DNA of 39,965 nt, taken from IMG/VR virus record IMGVR_UViG_3300017963_000208, positions 67,601 through 107,565 of that record; one strand, 5' to 3'. Shown in pieces: positions 8,048 through 18,097 of the stretch. This DNA comes from a virus. The first letter of the stretch is position 1; each line of letters starts with the position of its first letter. The notes below the pieces were generated by a model. It was not told the origin of the DNA and ran no database searches. It saw only the letters and a list, made by a program, of their open reading frames with translations. The position numbers and the translations under genes are program-made.

Positions 8048-8780
8048 TGTATTTCCTCAATGGGTTAGTGACTACATTGCCGCCTTGCTCTTCCGGATTA
8101 AAGAAGAAAATGCCTCTACGCATGGACGGAAAAGGTTCGGCGGTGTAATAGAGTTCGTTGAGCACACCGTCTACGACTCCATATTTAGCTGCTTCTTCAG
8201 CCGTAAGCCACCAATTCTTTTTAGCCATATATTGGTAACTGTGAGTGGAAATACCCATTTGGTGAGCCACGTCTGCATCCACATTATCTAAGTATTTGGT
8301 AATAAACTGAACTACTTGGTAGATGCGTGCTGCTGAATCATATGGAATACTATATGAGGCCTCATGGAACATTACAGCCGCATGTTTGTGGATAAAGGTA
8401 CGATAGCAGAACTGAGAGAGGATCGCCGCCATAGAATACGCCTCACTCTCAATAGCACAATAAACTCTAGCGTCCAAGGCCTGTATAGTGTCTATCAGCT
8501 CCAGTCCATCTACCACAGAGCCACCCGGACTGTTGATGATAATGAATATGTCCTGGTGAGTCAACTCGTTCATTCCTTTAATAGCTGAAATAATTGGTGC
8601 AACACTGGCCGCAGTTATGGGACCTTTCAGTACCACCGTCCTCTCATTATTGATTTTGAGATTATAATTAATTACTTTCCCCGGCTTGTCTAGAGTAACC
8701 TTAGTCATATCCGAGGCCTGTACGTTGGTGGCTCCCAGAAGAAGAACCGCAGACAGAGTTCCCAATAATTTCTTTAGCAT
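8034..8780 (-). CDS. ClpP-like serine protease with N-terminal signal peptide
   Basis: INSPGGSV, YSMAA (Ser), MFHEAS (His), WLTAEEA..YG.VD; N-terminus MLKKLLGTLSAVLLLGATNVQA. Confidence 0.85.
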   Translation of the reverse strand: MLKKLLGTLSAVLLLGATNVQASDMTKVTLDKPGKVINYNLKINNERTVVLKGPITAASVAPIISAIKGMNELTHQDIFIIINSPGGSVVDGLELIDTIQALDARVYCAIESEAYSMAAILSQFCYRTFIHKHAAVMFHEASYSIPYDSAARIYQVVQFITKYLDNVDADVAHQMGISTHSYQYMAKKNWWLTAEEAAKYGVVDGVLNELYYTAEPFPSMRRGIFFFNPEEQGGNVVTNPLRKYNVQN

Positions 8781-9019
8781 TACTTCTTCTCCTTGCCATT
8801 GAGTTTCATATCACTATATTTACGCGCTGTGTAGGCAGCCACGGTCGGAGTAAGAATCGCAGCGTCAATGGCAGCTAGATGTTGAACAAAAGTAGAATTT
8901 CCGGTTAACCAGGCAGCCACGAAGCCAGCCACAGTCAAAATACCTGCCAAAATAAAGCCAGCTACGGCTAAACTAAGCATGGTGTCAGGTTTTTCAGTTC
9001 TTGGATGCTTTAACCACAT
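8780..9019 (-). CDS. small 2-TM membrane protein (holin-like candidate)
   Basis: Two hydrophobic helices and a basic C-terminus. Confidence 0.5.
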   Translation of the reverse strand: MWLKHPRTEKPDTMLSLAVAGFILAGILTVAGFVAAWLTGNSTFVQHLAAIDAAILTPTVAAYTARKYSDMKLNGKEKK

Positions 9020-9266
9020 TACGTAATTTCCTCCTTAGTTTTTTCATGTAACTGATGGGCTCCTCTTCCTCCATAGTTACGGTCACTTTTACTATTCTAA
9101 TTCTCTTAGGATTACATACAGCCTTTGCCTGTTCTTTTGTGGCATATATCCCGAATATCATACCACTGTGAAGATGGATCTCTTCTCCAGTTAAGAAATT
9201 CGGATACTCCCCTTCCTTAATGTAGAATTGAGGCATCCAGCCGTGTAGTTCCTTTTTCCAACCCAT
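8994..9266 (-). CDS. hypothetical protein with shared C-terminal tag
   Basis: Ends EEPISYMKKLRRK... Confidence 0.6.
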   Translation of the reverse strand: MGWKKELHGWMPQFYIKEGEYPNFLTGEEIHLHSGMIFGIYATKEQAKAVCNPKRIRIVKVTVTMEEEEPISYMKKLRRKLRNVVKASKN

Positions 9267-9880
9267 TACTTCAAGGCATCCTTATCCATCTTGAATGATT
9301 TACAATTATTTGGGTCTGCGGTAAACCACGCAAGGGCTAAACACAAGCTGTCGTACAAATCAGTAGGAGTAGCACGTTCCTTTTGAGTAATATTGGAAAC
9401 CAGTTTGTCTGGTATCCGTTTGGGGAACAACTTGTCTACATGCTTCTTTGCCGGAGCTTTCCACGCGGCACTACCAGCCTTGGTTCTATCCTTTTTGATA
9501 CCCAGGATAGACCGCCAGCTTTGGGGGAGCAGGGAATCAAAGGTTAGGGGCGGTTCCAGTTCGTGGCAAATAGATTTCACAGAGCCAGTCATCTCTGGAA
9601 TCACCAGTACCCCACACATTCTCTTCCTGTTGACCATATAACCTTCTGCCACTATACCTTCTATGCCATAACACACATAGGCAATGTTGGCAATAAACTT
9701 ATCCACATAGTTATATTTCTCTCCATGGTCCCATTTAGGATTGAACCAGAGAACCCCCGTCTTGTGGATGGTCATTTCCTTTTTGCCGATGTGCTGGCTA
9801 GCTACCGTCCAGCCACAGCAATTGGTGGACAGATCAAGAAATAGCAACTTGTTGTCCCCATAATTTTTAATATTACTCAT
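9266..9880 (-). CDS. RuvC-like Holliday junction resolvase (RNase H fold)
   Basis: LLFLDLSTNCCGW, IVAE, PQSWR, DLYDSLCLA give the RuvC-type acidic tetrad pattern. Confidence 0.75.
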   Translation of the reverse strand: MSNIKNYGDNKLLFLDLSTNCCGWTVASQHIGKKEMTIHKTGVLWFNPKWDHGEKYNYVDKFIANIAYVCYGIEGIVAEGYMVNRKRMCGVLVIPEMTGSVKSICHELEPPLTFDSLLPQSWRSILGIKKDRTKAGSAAWKAPAKKHVDKLFPKRIPDKLVSNITQKERATPTDLYDSLCLALAWFTADPNNCKSFKMDKDALK

Positions 9881-10139
9881 CAGATTCCTTTTTGTTTTTC
9901 ATATACCCAATGGTGGTGTGCCTGACCCTAAAGCGATTAATTTCTGAGGTACGTCCATGTGAATACAAAACCTCTTCCGTCCGTGTCTGTAGTTCTAGAC
10001 CAGCCTTATCCATCAAAGTCTGTAGAATTTCAGCAAATATGTTATCACAAGCCCCGGAAGGGTAGGACCTAGCAAGCTCCAGTAAATCTTGGCTTTTCCA
10101 ATCACCCTTCCAGTTACTTTTCGGTGTCTGTTTTTTCAT
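9873..10139 (-). CDS. hypothetical protein with shared C-terminal tag
   Basis: Ends HTTIGYMKNKK. Confidence 0.6.
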   Translation of the reverse strand: MKKQTPKSNWKGDWKSQDLLELARSYPSGACDNIFAEILQTLMDKAGLELQTRTEEVLYSHGRTSEINRFRVRHTTIGYMKNKKESDE

Positions 10140-10950
10140 CTACCTGTCCCAACATCTCTAACTGCTCTACGTTGTCTGTTTTTGGTGGAAGCTCTGGTTC
10201 AAACTCTTCCTTTTTGACGCTAATCACCAGTTCTTCAGGCATCTCTAAGTGAATACGTTTATATAAAGATTTCACCAATGACTTCATTTTTGTCTCTGAT
10301 GGAGGCTTGCCAAAAGTCTTTCTGCGTACCCCTCTCCTCAAATTACCCCGCTTGCGGGCGGGCATAACTTGGTCAGCTAGACCTAAAGCTATAGTTTCTT
10401 CGGCTGATAGAAACACATCCCTGCTACAAATGGTCTTCCAAAAGGCAGCAGACATAAAGGAATTGTCGGCATACATTTTAAACAGCCTATCATCCAACCT
10501 TCTCTCTTCTTCACTGTTGATGGCCATGTCTACTCCAGTGCCTTCCCCTTCCCAAGAACCGCCGTGTACCATAACAGTGGTGTTTTCAGATAGATACCTT
10601 TCATCGCAGACAGCCATGATCCAGGTACCAGCACTCATAATAAAGCCGTAGCCCCTGAAAATGAACTTACAAGAAGACTGTTGGATTTTATCAACTAGGG
10701 TGAGCATGGGGTAAGCATCCCCTCCGTATGAAGAGAATACCAACTCGATGGGCTCAGTCTCGTTTATATCCAACATCTTGTCTATAGCTCTAACCGCATA
10801 GGATATTGTGCTAAAATCAACTTCGTCCCCGTCTGGGAAAGCCACATCTCCAAAGTAAATACGCCGCTTGTAGAGGTCTACCCCGTACCGTAGGTAATTC
10901 TCTAATGCGTCGTTTTCCTTTTTGATTTTTGCCTTGTCGCCTCTGTTCAT
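10114..10950 (-). CDS. clpP: ClpP-like serine protease (cytoplasmic) with C-terminal extension
   Basis: FSSYGGD, IMSAG (Ser), MVHG (His), RDVFLSAEE..LGLAD (Asp). Confidence 0.85.
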   Translation of the reverse strand: MNRGDKAKIKKENDALENYLRYGVDLYKRRIYFGDVAFPDGDEVDFSTISYAVRAIDKMLDINETEPIELVFSSYGGDAYPMLTLVDKIQQSSCKFIFRGYGFIMSAGTWIMAVCDERYLSENTTVMVHGGSWEGEGTGVDMAINSEEERRLDDRLFKMYADNSFMSAAFWKTICSRDVFLSAEETIALGLADQVMPARKRGNLRRGVRRKTFGKPPSETKMKSLVKSLYKRIHLEMPEELVISVKKEEFEPELPPKTDNVEQLEMLGQVDEKTDTEK

Positions 10951-11840
10951 AATTCCTCACTAGCCCATACCGCTAATCTGGACCTCTCTGATTTAAGTAA
11001 ATGGATATGTCCAATAAAATCAGCATTTTTACCAGCTTCAACGGCTGTAACCAAGCCATTATTAGTGCTATCCAGCCCTTTTTCAAAGATTTGATCAGGG
11101 TCACCTACCATGATTATCTTAGAGTTCTCTGCGGGCCTAGAAAGCACCTGCTTAACAATCTCCCTATCTAGGTTTTGAGCTTCGTCTACTATAATCACCG
11201 CGTTAGAAATACTACGGCCTTGAATAAAAGTTATAGGACTAAGCTCTATCCGCCCATTGTTGTACTTGGTAAAATTCATATCCTCGTAATTGATAGTCAT
11301 TTTATCCAACTCATACTCAGGAACTCCCAAGACCTCAAAGTTGTCGTAGAAAGAACCTAACCAGGGCCGTACCTTACTATACATATCTCCCGGCAAAAAG
11401 CCGATATCCCGACCAACGGGTACAAAGTTTTTACACAAAACTACTTTATTAATCTTACCCTGCTTTAACTGCTCCATAGCAAAGGCCATGGCTAGCAGAG
11501 TTTTACCACTACCCGCCCTACCCGTAATGGTAATCAAATCAATTTCAGGGTCCAACAAAAGGCTCATAGCCATATACTGCTCTTTGTTTCTCGCCTTAAT
11601 ACCTGACATTTGGATATCTTGAGGAATTAGGCGGATGTCTTTTTCTTTGACTACTGCTAAAGCACTCTGTTGTCCATCTTTAAGAACCAGTCCCATATTT
11701 GGGAAGGTGGTTTCGGTAACTTTAGATAAGGGCAATTTTTTATTTTTATATAAGTCTCCTACGTGTTGGAAATCATTGATTACTTTCACTCCCGTGTATA
11801 ATCCTTTGGGCTTCTGGGACTTTTTTGACACTTTCTTCAT
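10947..11840 (-). CDS. phoH: PhoH-family ATPase
   Basis: GRAGSGKT, DIGFLPG, QGRS, VDEAQN, GDPDQ, RSRLA. Confidence 0.93.
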   Translation of the reverse strand: MKKVSKKSQKPKGLYTGVKVINDFQHVGDLYKNKKLPLSKVTETTFPNMGLVLKDGQQSALAVVKEKDIRLIPQDIQMSGIKARNKEQYMAMSLLLDPEIDLITITGRAGSGKTLLAMAFAMEQLKQGKINKVVLCKNFVPVGRDIGFLPGDMYSKVRPWLGSFYDNFEVLGVPEYELDKMTINYEDMNFTKYNNGRIELSPITFIQGRSISNAVIIVDEAQNLDREIVKQVLSRPAENSKIIMVGDPDQIFEKGLDSTNNGLVTAVEAGKNADFIGHIHLLKSERSRLAVWASEEL

Positions 11841-12498
11841 AGAACATCCTTGCCTTATCGTTTAATTCTTCTAAGGTGCCATTATTTTCCACTACGTAAT
11901 CATACTCTGATTCTTCTCCGAGAGAGTTTTCAGAGGGGTGAGCGTCTAGCGATTCCTTACCCGGTCTAACAATTCTTACTAGAATGGCCTCAAACTCTTC
12001 CTTCAATCTGCGGCGCTCATTCTCAAACCTAGCATCTGTAATCACCCAATTCTCTGGAGAGTTGGTAATACGTTGGAATAATACATCTACGTGGTAGGTG
12101 TCTATCAGACGCCGGCAGATGTCAGTGCCCACAAACTGTAATATTTCTCTTGCTGTAAAGAGCTCGGTGGGCTTTCCTGTCTGCTTAATAGGTCTATGAA
12201 TATATTCCTCTTCTATCCGCCGACACTCCTCAGCAAGACCCGTCAGGTCGTGGGTGCGTCCCATCCATCTCCGGATCAGTAAAAAATGCTTGCTGGTGAA
12301 CCTACGAGGTACTGAAAGCCTCATCTTCTTACCTTCGGGAGTGTTAATCATATGTTCAGTGAGATTAAAGATACTTTTACACATCTCCTTGAGATTGTGG
12401 GCAAAAGAACCTTGTTGAAATCCCCGTTTGGTCAAGGAATTGGCAAACGCATCCTTACCCGCTTCTTTTTCTCCTGCAATAGCTATAACTTTCCTCAT
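11773..12498 (-). CDS. deoxynucleoside monophosphate kinase
   Basis: IAGEKEAGKD, SFA..LK, REILQFVGTD, ITDARFENE, HPSE. Confidence 0.88.
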   Translation of the reverse strand: MRKVIAIAGEKEAGKDAFANSLTKRGFQQGSFAHNLKEMCKSIFNLTEHMINTPEGKKMRLSVPRRFTSKHFLLIRRWMGRTHDLTGLAEECRRIEEEYIHRPIKQTGKPTELFTAREILQFVGTDICRRLIDTYHVDVLFQRITNSPENWVITDARFENERRRLKEEFEAILVRIVRPGKESLDAHPSENSLGEESEYDYVVENNGTLEELNDKARMFYEESVKKVPEAQRIIHGSESNQ

Positions 12499-12501
12499 AT
12501 G

Positions 12502-13239
12502 TTACCCACTGATAATTTTGTCATTTAATCGACACTTATAGTTTACTATCCTATGAATATTGTGGAAAAATAAACCATTAGGCTTCACTACAGCCGTAGC
12601 GAATCCCAAAGACCAGTTAGAAAAGTCCTTGATATAATCGGCTTTGTTTTTATCACCTAACCAGCCGGGGGTGAAAGCTACGTGAGCCTCACCCATTTCA
12701 TTCACTTTCAAGGCTTCCTCAATGGTGTGTACGTGGCCAAAACATACGGAGTGCTCATACTTATCTAACATTGCTCTAGATACGTTTTTACGAGCTATGG
12801 TCCCATGTACCACTACCAGCTTACCCAAGCGATGATGTTTACCATATGGATAGTATTTATAACCACGCTCTTTGAGTCCTAGTAGGGTCTGGGTATCCAC
12901 TAGACCAAACAATTCAGGAGCTTTGTTCTTGATAAAACTGTTCAGTCGTTCCTCATGGTTGCCTTCCATGAACACCTTCTCGGCTTTGGGAAACAGCTTA
13001 TCTATTCTGTCCAGCACCCGATTAGCCTCTTCTACTTCCTGCTTCAGAAATCTATCTCTCTTAGGGTCCTTATCGTACCTACTGATAGAGTAGTTATCAA
13101 TAAAATCCCCCAAGATGATTATGATATCTGGCTTGAACGCCCGTCCAGCCTTGAACACAAGTTCCAAAGCCTTTTGGTCGTGGTAGGGCACATGCACATC
13201 TGGGATAATTAATGCTTTCTTATCTTTTTTTCTGGACAT
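12502..13239 (-). CDS. calcineurin-like metallophosphoesterase
   Basis: DVH, GDFID, GNHE, HG, GHVH motifs. Confidence 0.9.
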   Translation of the reverse strand: MSRKKDKKALIIPDVHVPYHDQKALELVFKAGRAFKPDIIIILGDFIDNYSISRYDKDPKRDRFLKQEVEEANRVLDRIDKLFPKAEKVFMEGNHEERLNSFIKNKAPELFGLVDTQTLLGLKERGYKYYPYGKHHRLGKLVVVHGTIARKNVSRAMLDKYEHSVCFGHVHTIEEALKVNEMGEAHVAFTPGWLGDKNKADYIKDFSNWSLGFATAVVKPNGLFFHNIHRIVNYKCRLNDKIISG

Positions 13240-13250
13240 TTATCTTTCCT

Positions 13251-15407
13251 TTACTTAGTTTCTGACAAAGCCTTGGCAATCTTAGGTTCAGCCACCAAGG
13301 GAACACTTAGCTTATAAGTGTTTTCCATCTTGTCTTTCATTATTTGAGCCACTTCCTGCGTATCTTCCTCCATACACTCACTTATTATCTCATCATGTAT
13401 TTGCCCCAGGATGTAGGCTTTCAGACCTCTTTTTTTGAACTCCTTGTTAATGGCTATCATCGCCCGGTTAGTTATAGAGGCTGCCAAAGACTGAATAGGA
13501 AAATTTACTCCGAGATTTAGCAACTTGTTTAAAATTCTCTTGTCTGCTCTGGCGCGAGAAGTCTTTAAACGGTCAACACCATCCATTCTTCTCTTTCGTC
13601 CTGTCTCGTTAGCAATTTCTCCCTTTTTCAGGATACATCCATGACATCTAAGAACATACTCTTTTAGATTAGGGTATTTATTCCAGTAATGCTGCAATTT
13701 CTTTTGAGCTTCTTTTACATCACAGTCTAAAATCTTGGCTAGTTTCCACTGCTTCATACCATACGCAATCCCCAAACCAATCTCTTTAGCGTCTTGTCTC
13801 TTTTGGGGATGCTTCTTCTTGGCCTCATTTGCATCACATCTCAGTTCAAAAAAGTCTATGGCTACAGTTCCATAGAAATCTAATCCCTTAACAAAAGCCT
13901 CAATAAGACGCTTCTCTCTGCTCATATGGGCAAAACATCTGGGCTCCAGTTGTGAATAGTCAGCTCCCACCAAAGCCATGTTTTTTCTGGCGATTATACC
14001 CCTTTTTATTCTTGTGTCTTCCCTGGGCAAGTTTTGGTAGTTGGGATTCTTGCAAGCAAATCGTCCCGACTCTGTACCAAACTGCATCCAATCCGGATGT
14101 ATGACCCCATCTACATTCAATTCCAAAGCTGCTTTTACGTAAGTGTTCAACAACTTATTGGCCTTACGCATCTGTACAATCTTACCCACAAAAGCATATT
14201 TGCTTTCAAATATCGCCAACACATCTTCATCTACCTGATAATTACCAGCCTCAGTTACCTTGATAGGCTTCTCTTTGAGGTGGGTAAACAAAATCTCCCC
14301 CAACTGTGGGTTACTATCTAAATTAATCAGGTATCTCTGATCCGCTTTTTTAGCCATCTGTATCCTGGCAGCATGAATTTTATTGCCTTCCAGAGCTATA
14401 AATTCCTCGTCTGTGAGCTGTCCAAGCTTCCATTTCAATAGATTACTCTCTGGATGATCTTCGAGAGTCTGTTCTATGACCTTCTTAGCAAAAGTAGGAG
14501 ACCCTTTCTTGTTGTAAATAATAGGAAATCCCTCATCCACAAACATCTGTTTGAAGAGATTTCCTCCACTCTTCATGGGTGCTTTATCATTGAGTATGGC
14601 CTCTTCCATACCGTGATACATCTTAGAGTAATCTTTCTTGAGGTCGGCGTGAATCTCATCTTCAATAGACTGGGCTTCTTGTTTCAACTCATCATGTAAT
14701 TGTTGGTAGTACTCTAAATCTACTTGCATGCCTCTAGAGTGCATGGTAAGTACAATTTCCACCAGGGGCATGACTTCTTCATCATAAAAGAACTTGTATA
14801 ACCCCTCTTGGTTAAGTAAGTCCTCAAATTTATAAAACAACTGAAGGGTCATATCTGCATCTGAAGCAGCATACTTACCTAGAATGATGGGATCGGCTTT
14901 GCCAAAGTCTTTCTCGTCCTTATTCCATTTACCACCATTCTTTTTCACCGACTCTTTAAGGTCATTCTGAGGGGTATCCCACCCTTCCCCTAAATACTTG
15001 ACTGCACAAGATTTCAGCTTGTGGGGCTTCTTCTCATCTAATGTGTGCTTCATCAAGATGGTATCTGCATGAAGGCGAGGAAGACAGTCTACTCCCATTG
15101 TATTCCTAAGAACCGAAATGTCAAATACACTATTGTGCATGACAATTTTTTTCTCAGGACTTTCTAGTAAGCCTATTAACTTAGCCCGGACCTCGAACAA
15201 CTCCTCATCGTTCAAGCCCTGGGTTGTTATATAGAACGCTTCGCCCGCCCTCACACAGAGAGAAATACCCAGGAGTTCGCAGGTGAAGCTATCTAAGCCG
15301 GTAGTCTCAGTATCTACCGCTATTATACCTCTAATTGGGGTAAGATAGTCAAAGACTTTTCTGCGCTTATCTTGGGTATCTGCTATATAATATTGTGAAT
15401 TAATCAT
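13251..15407 (-). CDS. polA: family A DNA polymerase with 3'-5' exonuclease domain
   Basis: Exo DTET, HNSVFD, YAASD; polymerase motif A DYSQLE, motif B R..AK...LG..YG, motif C HDE. Confidence 0.96.
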   Translation of the reverse strand: MINSQYYIADTQDKRRKVFDYLTPIRGIIAVDTETTGLDSFTCELLGISLCVRAGEAFYITTQGLNDEELFEVRAKLIGLLESPEKKIVMHNSVFDISVLRNTMGVDCLPRLHADTILMKHTLDEKKPHKLKSCAVKYLGEGWDTPQNDLKESVKKNGGKWNKDEKDFGKADPIILGKYAASDADMTLQLFYKFEDLLNQEGLYKFFYDEEVMPLVEIVLTMHSRGMQVDLEYYQQLHDELKQEAQSIEDEIHADLKKDYSKMYHGMEEAILNDKAPMKSGGNLFKQMFVDEGFPIIYNKKGSPTFAKKVIEQTLEDHPESNLLKWKLGQLTDEEFIALEGNKIHAARIQMAKKADQRYLINLDSNPQLGEILFTHLKEKPIKVTEAGNYQVDEDVLAIFESKYAFVGKIVQMRKANKLLNTYVKAALELNVDGVIHPDWMQFGTESGRFACKNPNYQNLPREDTRIKRGIIARKNMALVGADYSQLEPRCFAHMSREKRLIEAFVKGLDFYGTVAIDFFELRCDANEAKKKHPQKRQDAKEIGLGIAYGMKQWKLAKILDCDVKEAQKKLQHYWNKYPNLKEYVLRCHGCILKKGEIANETGRKRRMDGVDRLKTSRARADKRILNKLLNLGVNFPIQSLAASITNRAMIAINKEFKKRGLKAYILGQIHDEIISECMEEDTQEVAQIMKDKMENTYKLSVPLVAEPKIAKALSETK

Positions 15408-17388
15408 GTTCTAAGTGATGTCTCAATGCTTCTAAGGCCATTTCTTCTTCTTCTACTAAGTCCCTGATAATACCAGAGGGACCATGCCAAAATACATCCA
15501 CTCTCTTACTTGGACCTAACCTGTTTTTTACCATCTTAATAGACATGGTGAAATCATGGTCGGGATGAGTGAGTCCAAAAGGCCTCCAACAATTAATCTG
15601 TGTGGAAGCCTTCTCTTCCCAGGCCCCAGAACCTTTAGCTAGTACCTCGGCGTCTTTTCCCCCTCTAGGAGTCTGGGACAGACCCAGAATACAAACGCCT
15701 GTCTCTTTAGCTAAATTGGTTATCGCAATAGCATTTTCAGTATGCCTTGCGTATCCCTCTTTCTCTGAGTGGAGCAACTGCACATAGTCTACAATGACTA
15801 AGTGAGGCTTAGTTCCCTCCAGAGCTTCTTGAGCCTTGATCTCATCCCTAATGTTCTCCACAGAGATTTGGGTATTGTAATCTATCAACACATTGTCGGA
15901 TAGAGAATCAAATACCGCTTCCGCCTCTTCCACCAACGCCTCATTCTTTCTAGCATGGGCGATCATAAAATCTTTACCGCTCCATTTTGGCCTGCCGTGT
16001 TCATCTCTTAATAATATAGGTGCAAATCTTTGGACTAACATCTCTTCGGCCATGTCCATGCTAAAGAATAGGGCCTTGATACCGGCTCTGCTAGCATTAT
16101 CTAAAATGTTAAGCATCAAACTAGTTTTGCCTGTACCGGGCTTCCCTACAATGAGGTTGAAGGTGCCTTTAAATAGAGGCATTTCACCGTCCAAACCTTT
16201 TAAACCAGTTGGAACGATGTTACTGAAATACTCCCTGAAAAACGGTTTAGAACGTCTATAAGAATCGGCTACAGAAACAACCCTCTTAGTACGACTCTTG
16301 CTTCTAGATAAATAACAACTATTATCACATACCTCAGATAGAATAGAATCGTTACATCCAAAATCGTAGTCATTACTGAGGGCCTGTTTAGCTATCCTCT
16401 CCAGGTCATACTCGCTCATAGGGTCCAGCTTGGCTTTCTCAGGATCAGCAGCATCCATCTTATCGAGAACGCCTCTGAGCTTACCAACGATAACTTCCAA
16501 GGGCATGCCTTGTTTCTTCTCATGGACGGCTATTCTGAGTAGTGAGCTGTCTCTGTACTGCGTCACAGTGCCTTGGCAGAGCCTCCAGACACAAACCTTC
16601 TGTCCTCTAGGACATCGGCCTGAATCAGGCAGCCCTTCCGAGTTCATGGTAATTCCCGTGGACGCCGATTGACGAACTGCGTTTTGTATATCCTTAATGA
16701 CTTTCTTGGCCAATTCGGATAACTTAGTGGTATCTGAAATAGAATCAAACTCTACCGGCACTCTCATCTGGATGCAATACTTTTGGATTTCCTTAATAGA
16801 TGAATCCCTAAGCATCTTGATGGGGAGGCTAGTTTTGAATAAGTGAACTTCATGGTTGTCAATTGTGGAGGCTTTCTGGTGTATAGACCCCACAATGCGG
16901 TACAACCTATTGTGGTTATATATAACCCTGTCAAAGCTTTCTAGCTCCTGCGCCAGACTAAGACAGAACCGCTTAATTACGTAGGGAATATTCTCGTTAA
17001 ACTCATTGTCAATTCCCGAGATACCCTCTGTCTTTAGCTCTAGGGCAAACCCCTTACGTCCACTGAAAAATATTCCTACTTCAGAGTCTTTAATGTTGTA
17101 CTCAGTTTTCAGCCTTTCTATGAGTTTCAAAGAGTCCTGTCTGGCTATCTCCAGGTCGTTGTTATCAAAATCAAAAACCAACCGATCAATACCAGCCTTT
17201 CCACGGTACCCCGAAACGGTCCCTTTCTCCTTTACGTGGTCCAAGAAACTCTGGTCATAAAAGAACAAGCTTCTATAACAATCCTCTTGGGGATCAAGGT
17301 GTTTCGGTAGGTCCGTGAGAGGAATAACGGTATTTCTCTTCTCGGCTTTCTGTGACAGTCCTTTTCTAAACTCAATAAAACGGGTCAT
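15400..17388 (-). CDS. primase (AEP-like) - DnaB-like helicase fusion
   Basis: N-terminal FDFD and FSGRKG; C-terminal GKPGTGKT, SMDM, VIVDY.QL, SQ, KNR.G. Confidence 0.88.
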   Translation of the reverse strand: MTRFIEFRKGLSQKAEKRNTVIPLTDLPKHLDPQEDCYRSLFFYDQSFLDHVKEKGTVSGYRGKAGIDRLVFDFDNNDLEIARQDSLKLIERLKTEYNIKDSEVGIFFSGRKGFALELKTEGISGIDNEFNENIPYVIKRFCLSLAQELESFDRVIYNHNRLYRIVGSIHQKASTIDNHEVHLFKTSLPIKMLRDSSIKEIQKYCIQMRVPVEFDSISDTTKLSELAKKVIKDIQNAVRQSASTGITMNSEGLPDSGRCPRGQKVCVWRLCQGTVTQYRDSSLLRIAVHEKKQGMPLEVIVGKLRGVLDKMDAADPEKAKLDPMSEYDLERIAKQALSNDYDFGCNDSILSEVCDNSCYLSRSKSRTKRVVSVADSYRRSKPFFREYFSNIVPTGLKGLDGEMPLFKGTFNLIVGKPGTGKTSLMLNILDNASRAGIKALFFSMDMAEEMLVQRFAPILLRDEHGRPKWSGKDFMIAHARKNEALVEEAEAVFDSLSDNVLIDYNTQISVENIRDEIKAQEALEGTKPHLVIVDYVQLLHSEKEGYARHTENAIAITNLAKETGVCILGLSQTPRGGKDAEVLAKGSGAWEEKASTQINCWRPFGLTHPDHDFTMSIKMVKNRLGPSKRVDVFWHGPSGIIRDLVEEEEMALEALRHHLEHD

Positions 17389-17646
17389 TTATTCCTCTGG
17401 CATAAAAACTTTGAGCAACACATCGGGCTTCTTACTATCTTCCTCAGAATCGGTCTTAAAGGAGTTCTCAATAAGAATACAGTTGTTGTCACTTAATAGA
17501 AGCTCTGCTTGGTCCTCTTTACGTCTAAGAACGACCTCATACTTATCATCCTCGCGGTTTCCCGTGAACCTACATGAGGTATAGGAGAATCCGTTGTCGT
17601 TCACTTTTTCCCATCCTGCTGCTAGGACGATGCTCTTATCAGCCAT
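17389..17646 (-). CDS. small protein, DUF736-like (possible ssDNA-binding)
   Basis: GW.....G..Y.S...N..K...KPD pattern; located between the annealase and primase genes. Confidence 0.5.
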   Translation of the reverse strand: MADKSIVLAAGWEKVNDNGFSYTSCRFTGNREDDKYEVVLRRKEDQAELLLSDNNCILIENSFKTDSEEDSKKPDVLLKVFMPEE

Positions 17647-18097
17647 TTTTCTTTTCCTCCTTGGGGTTTTTCTTTGTCTTTTTCTTTGCTTTTTTTGGTT
17701 TTTCTTCTTTATCCTTCTTGTTCTTTTCGTGAACCGCGTCTAACATTAGAAAGAAACGAGCCATCTGAACTCTCTGAGCAATTGCAAATGCGTGAGTTTC
17801 CACTCCTGGTTGGACATCAACTTTGAGATCAGGCTCAGGAAATTGAAGAGTGGCTATGAGAACTCTTAGTAGACCTCTGGCACTTATCTTATTGCTACCA
17901 CTACTCTTAATAGCAGTCTTTAGGTCTCTTTCAAGAGTTATCATTCCTCCATGGTAATCCCTAAGAGAGATTTGCTTCATCTCATCTTTGGAGATCGCAG
18001 GAACCTCTGACCCTTTTTCCTTTTCCTCTGCTAGAGAAGTAACATCTGTTACCTTTTCCTGGTTTTTGACTTTCTCTTCTTTTTTATCCTTGGTCAT
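17639..18097 (-). CDS. hypothetical protein with charged termini
   Basis: Start reassigned to MTKDKK (GGAG upstream). Confidence 0.6.
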   Translation of the reverse strand: MTKDKKEEKVKNQEKVTDVTSLAEEKEKGSEVPAISKDEMKQISLRDYHGGMITLERDLKTAIKSSGSNKISARGLLRVLIATLQFPEPDLKVDVQPGVETHAFAIAQRVQMARFFLMLDAVHEKNKKDKEEKPKKAKKKTKKNPKEEKKNG

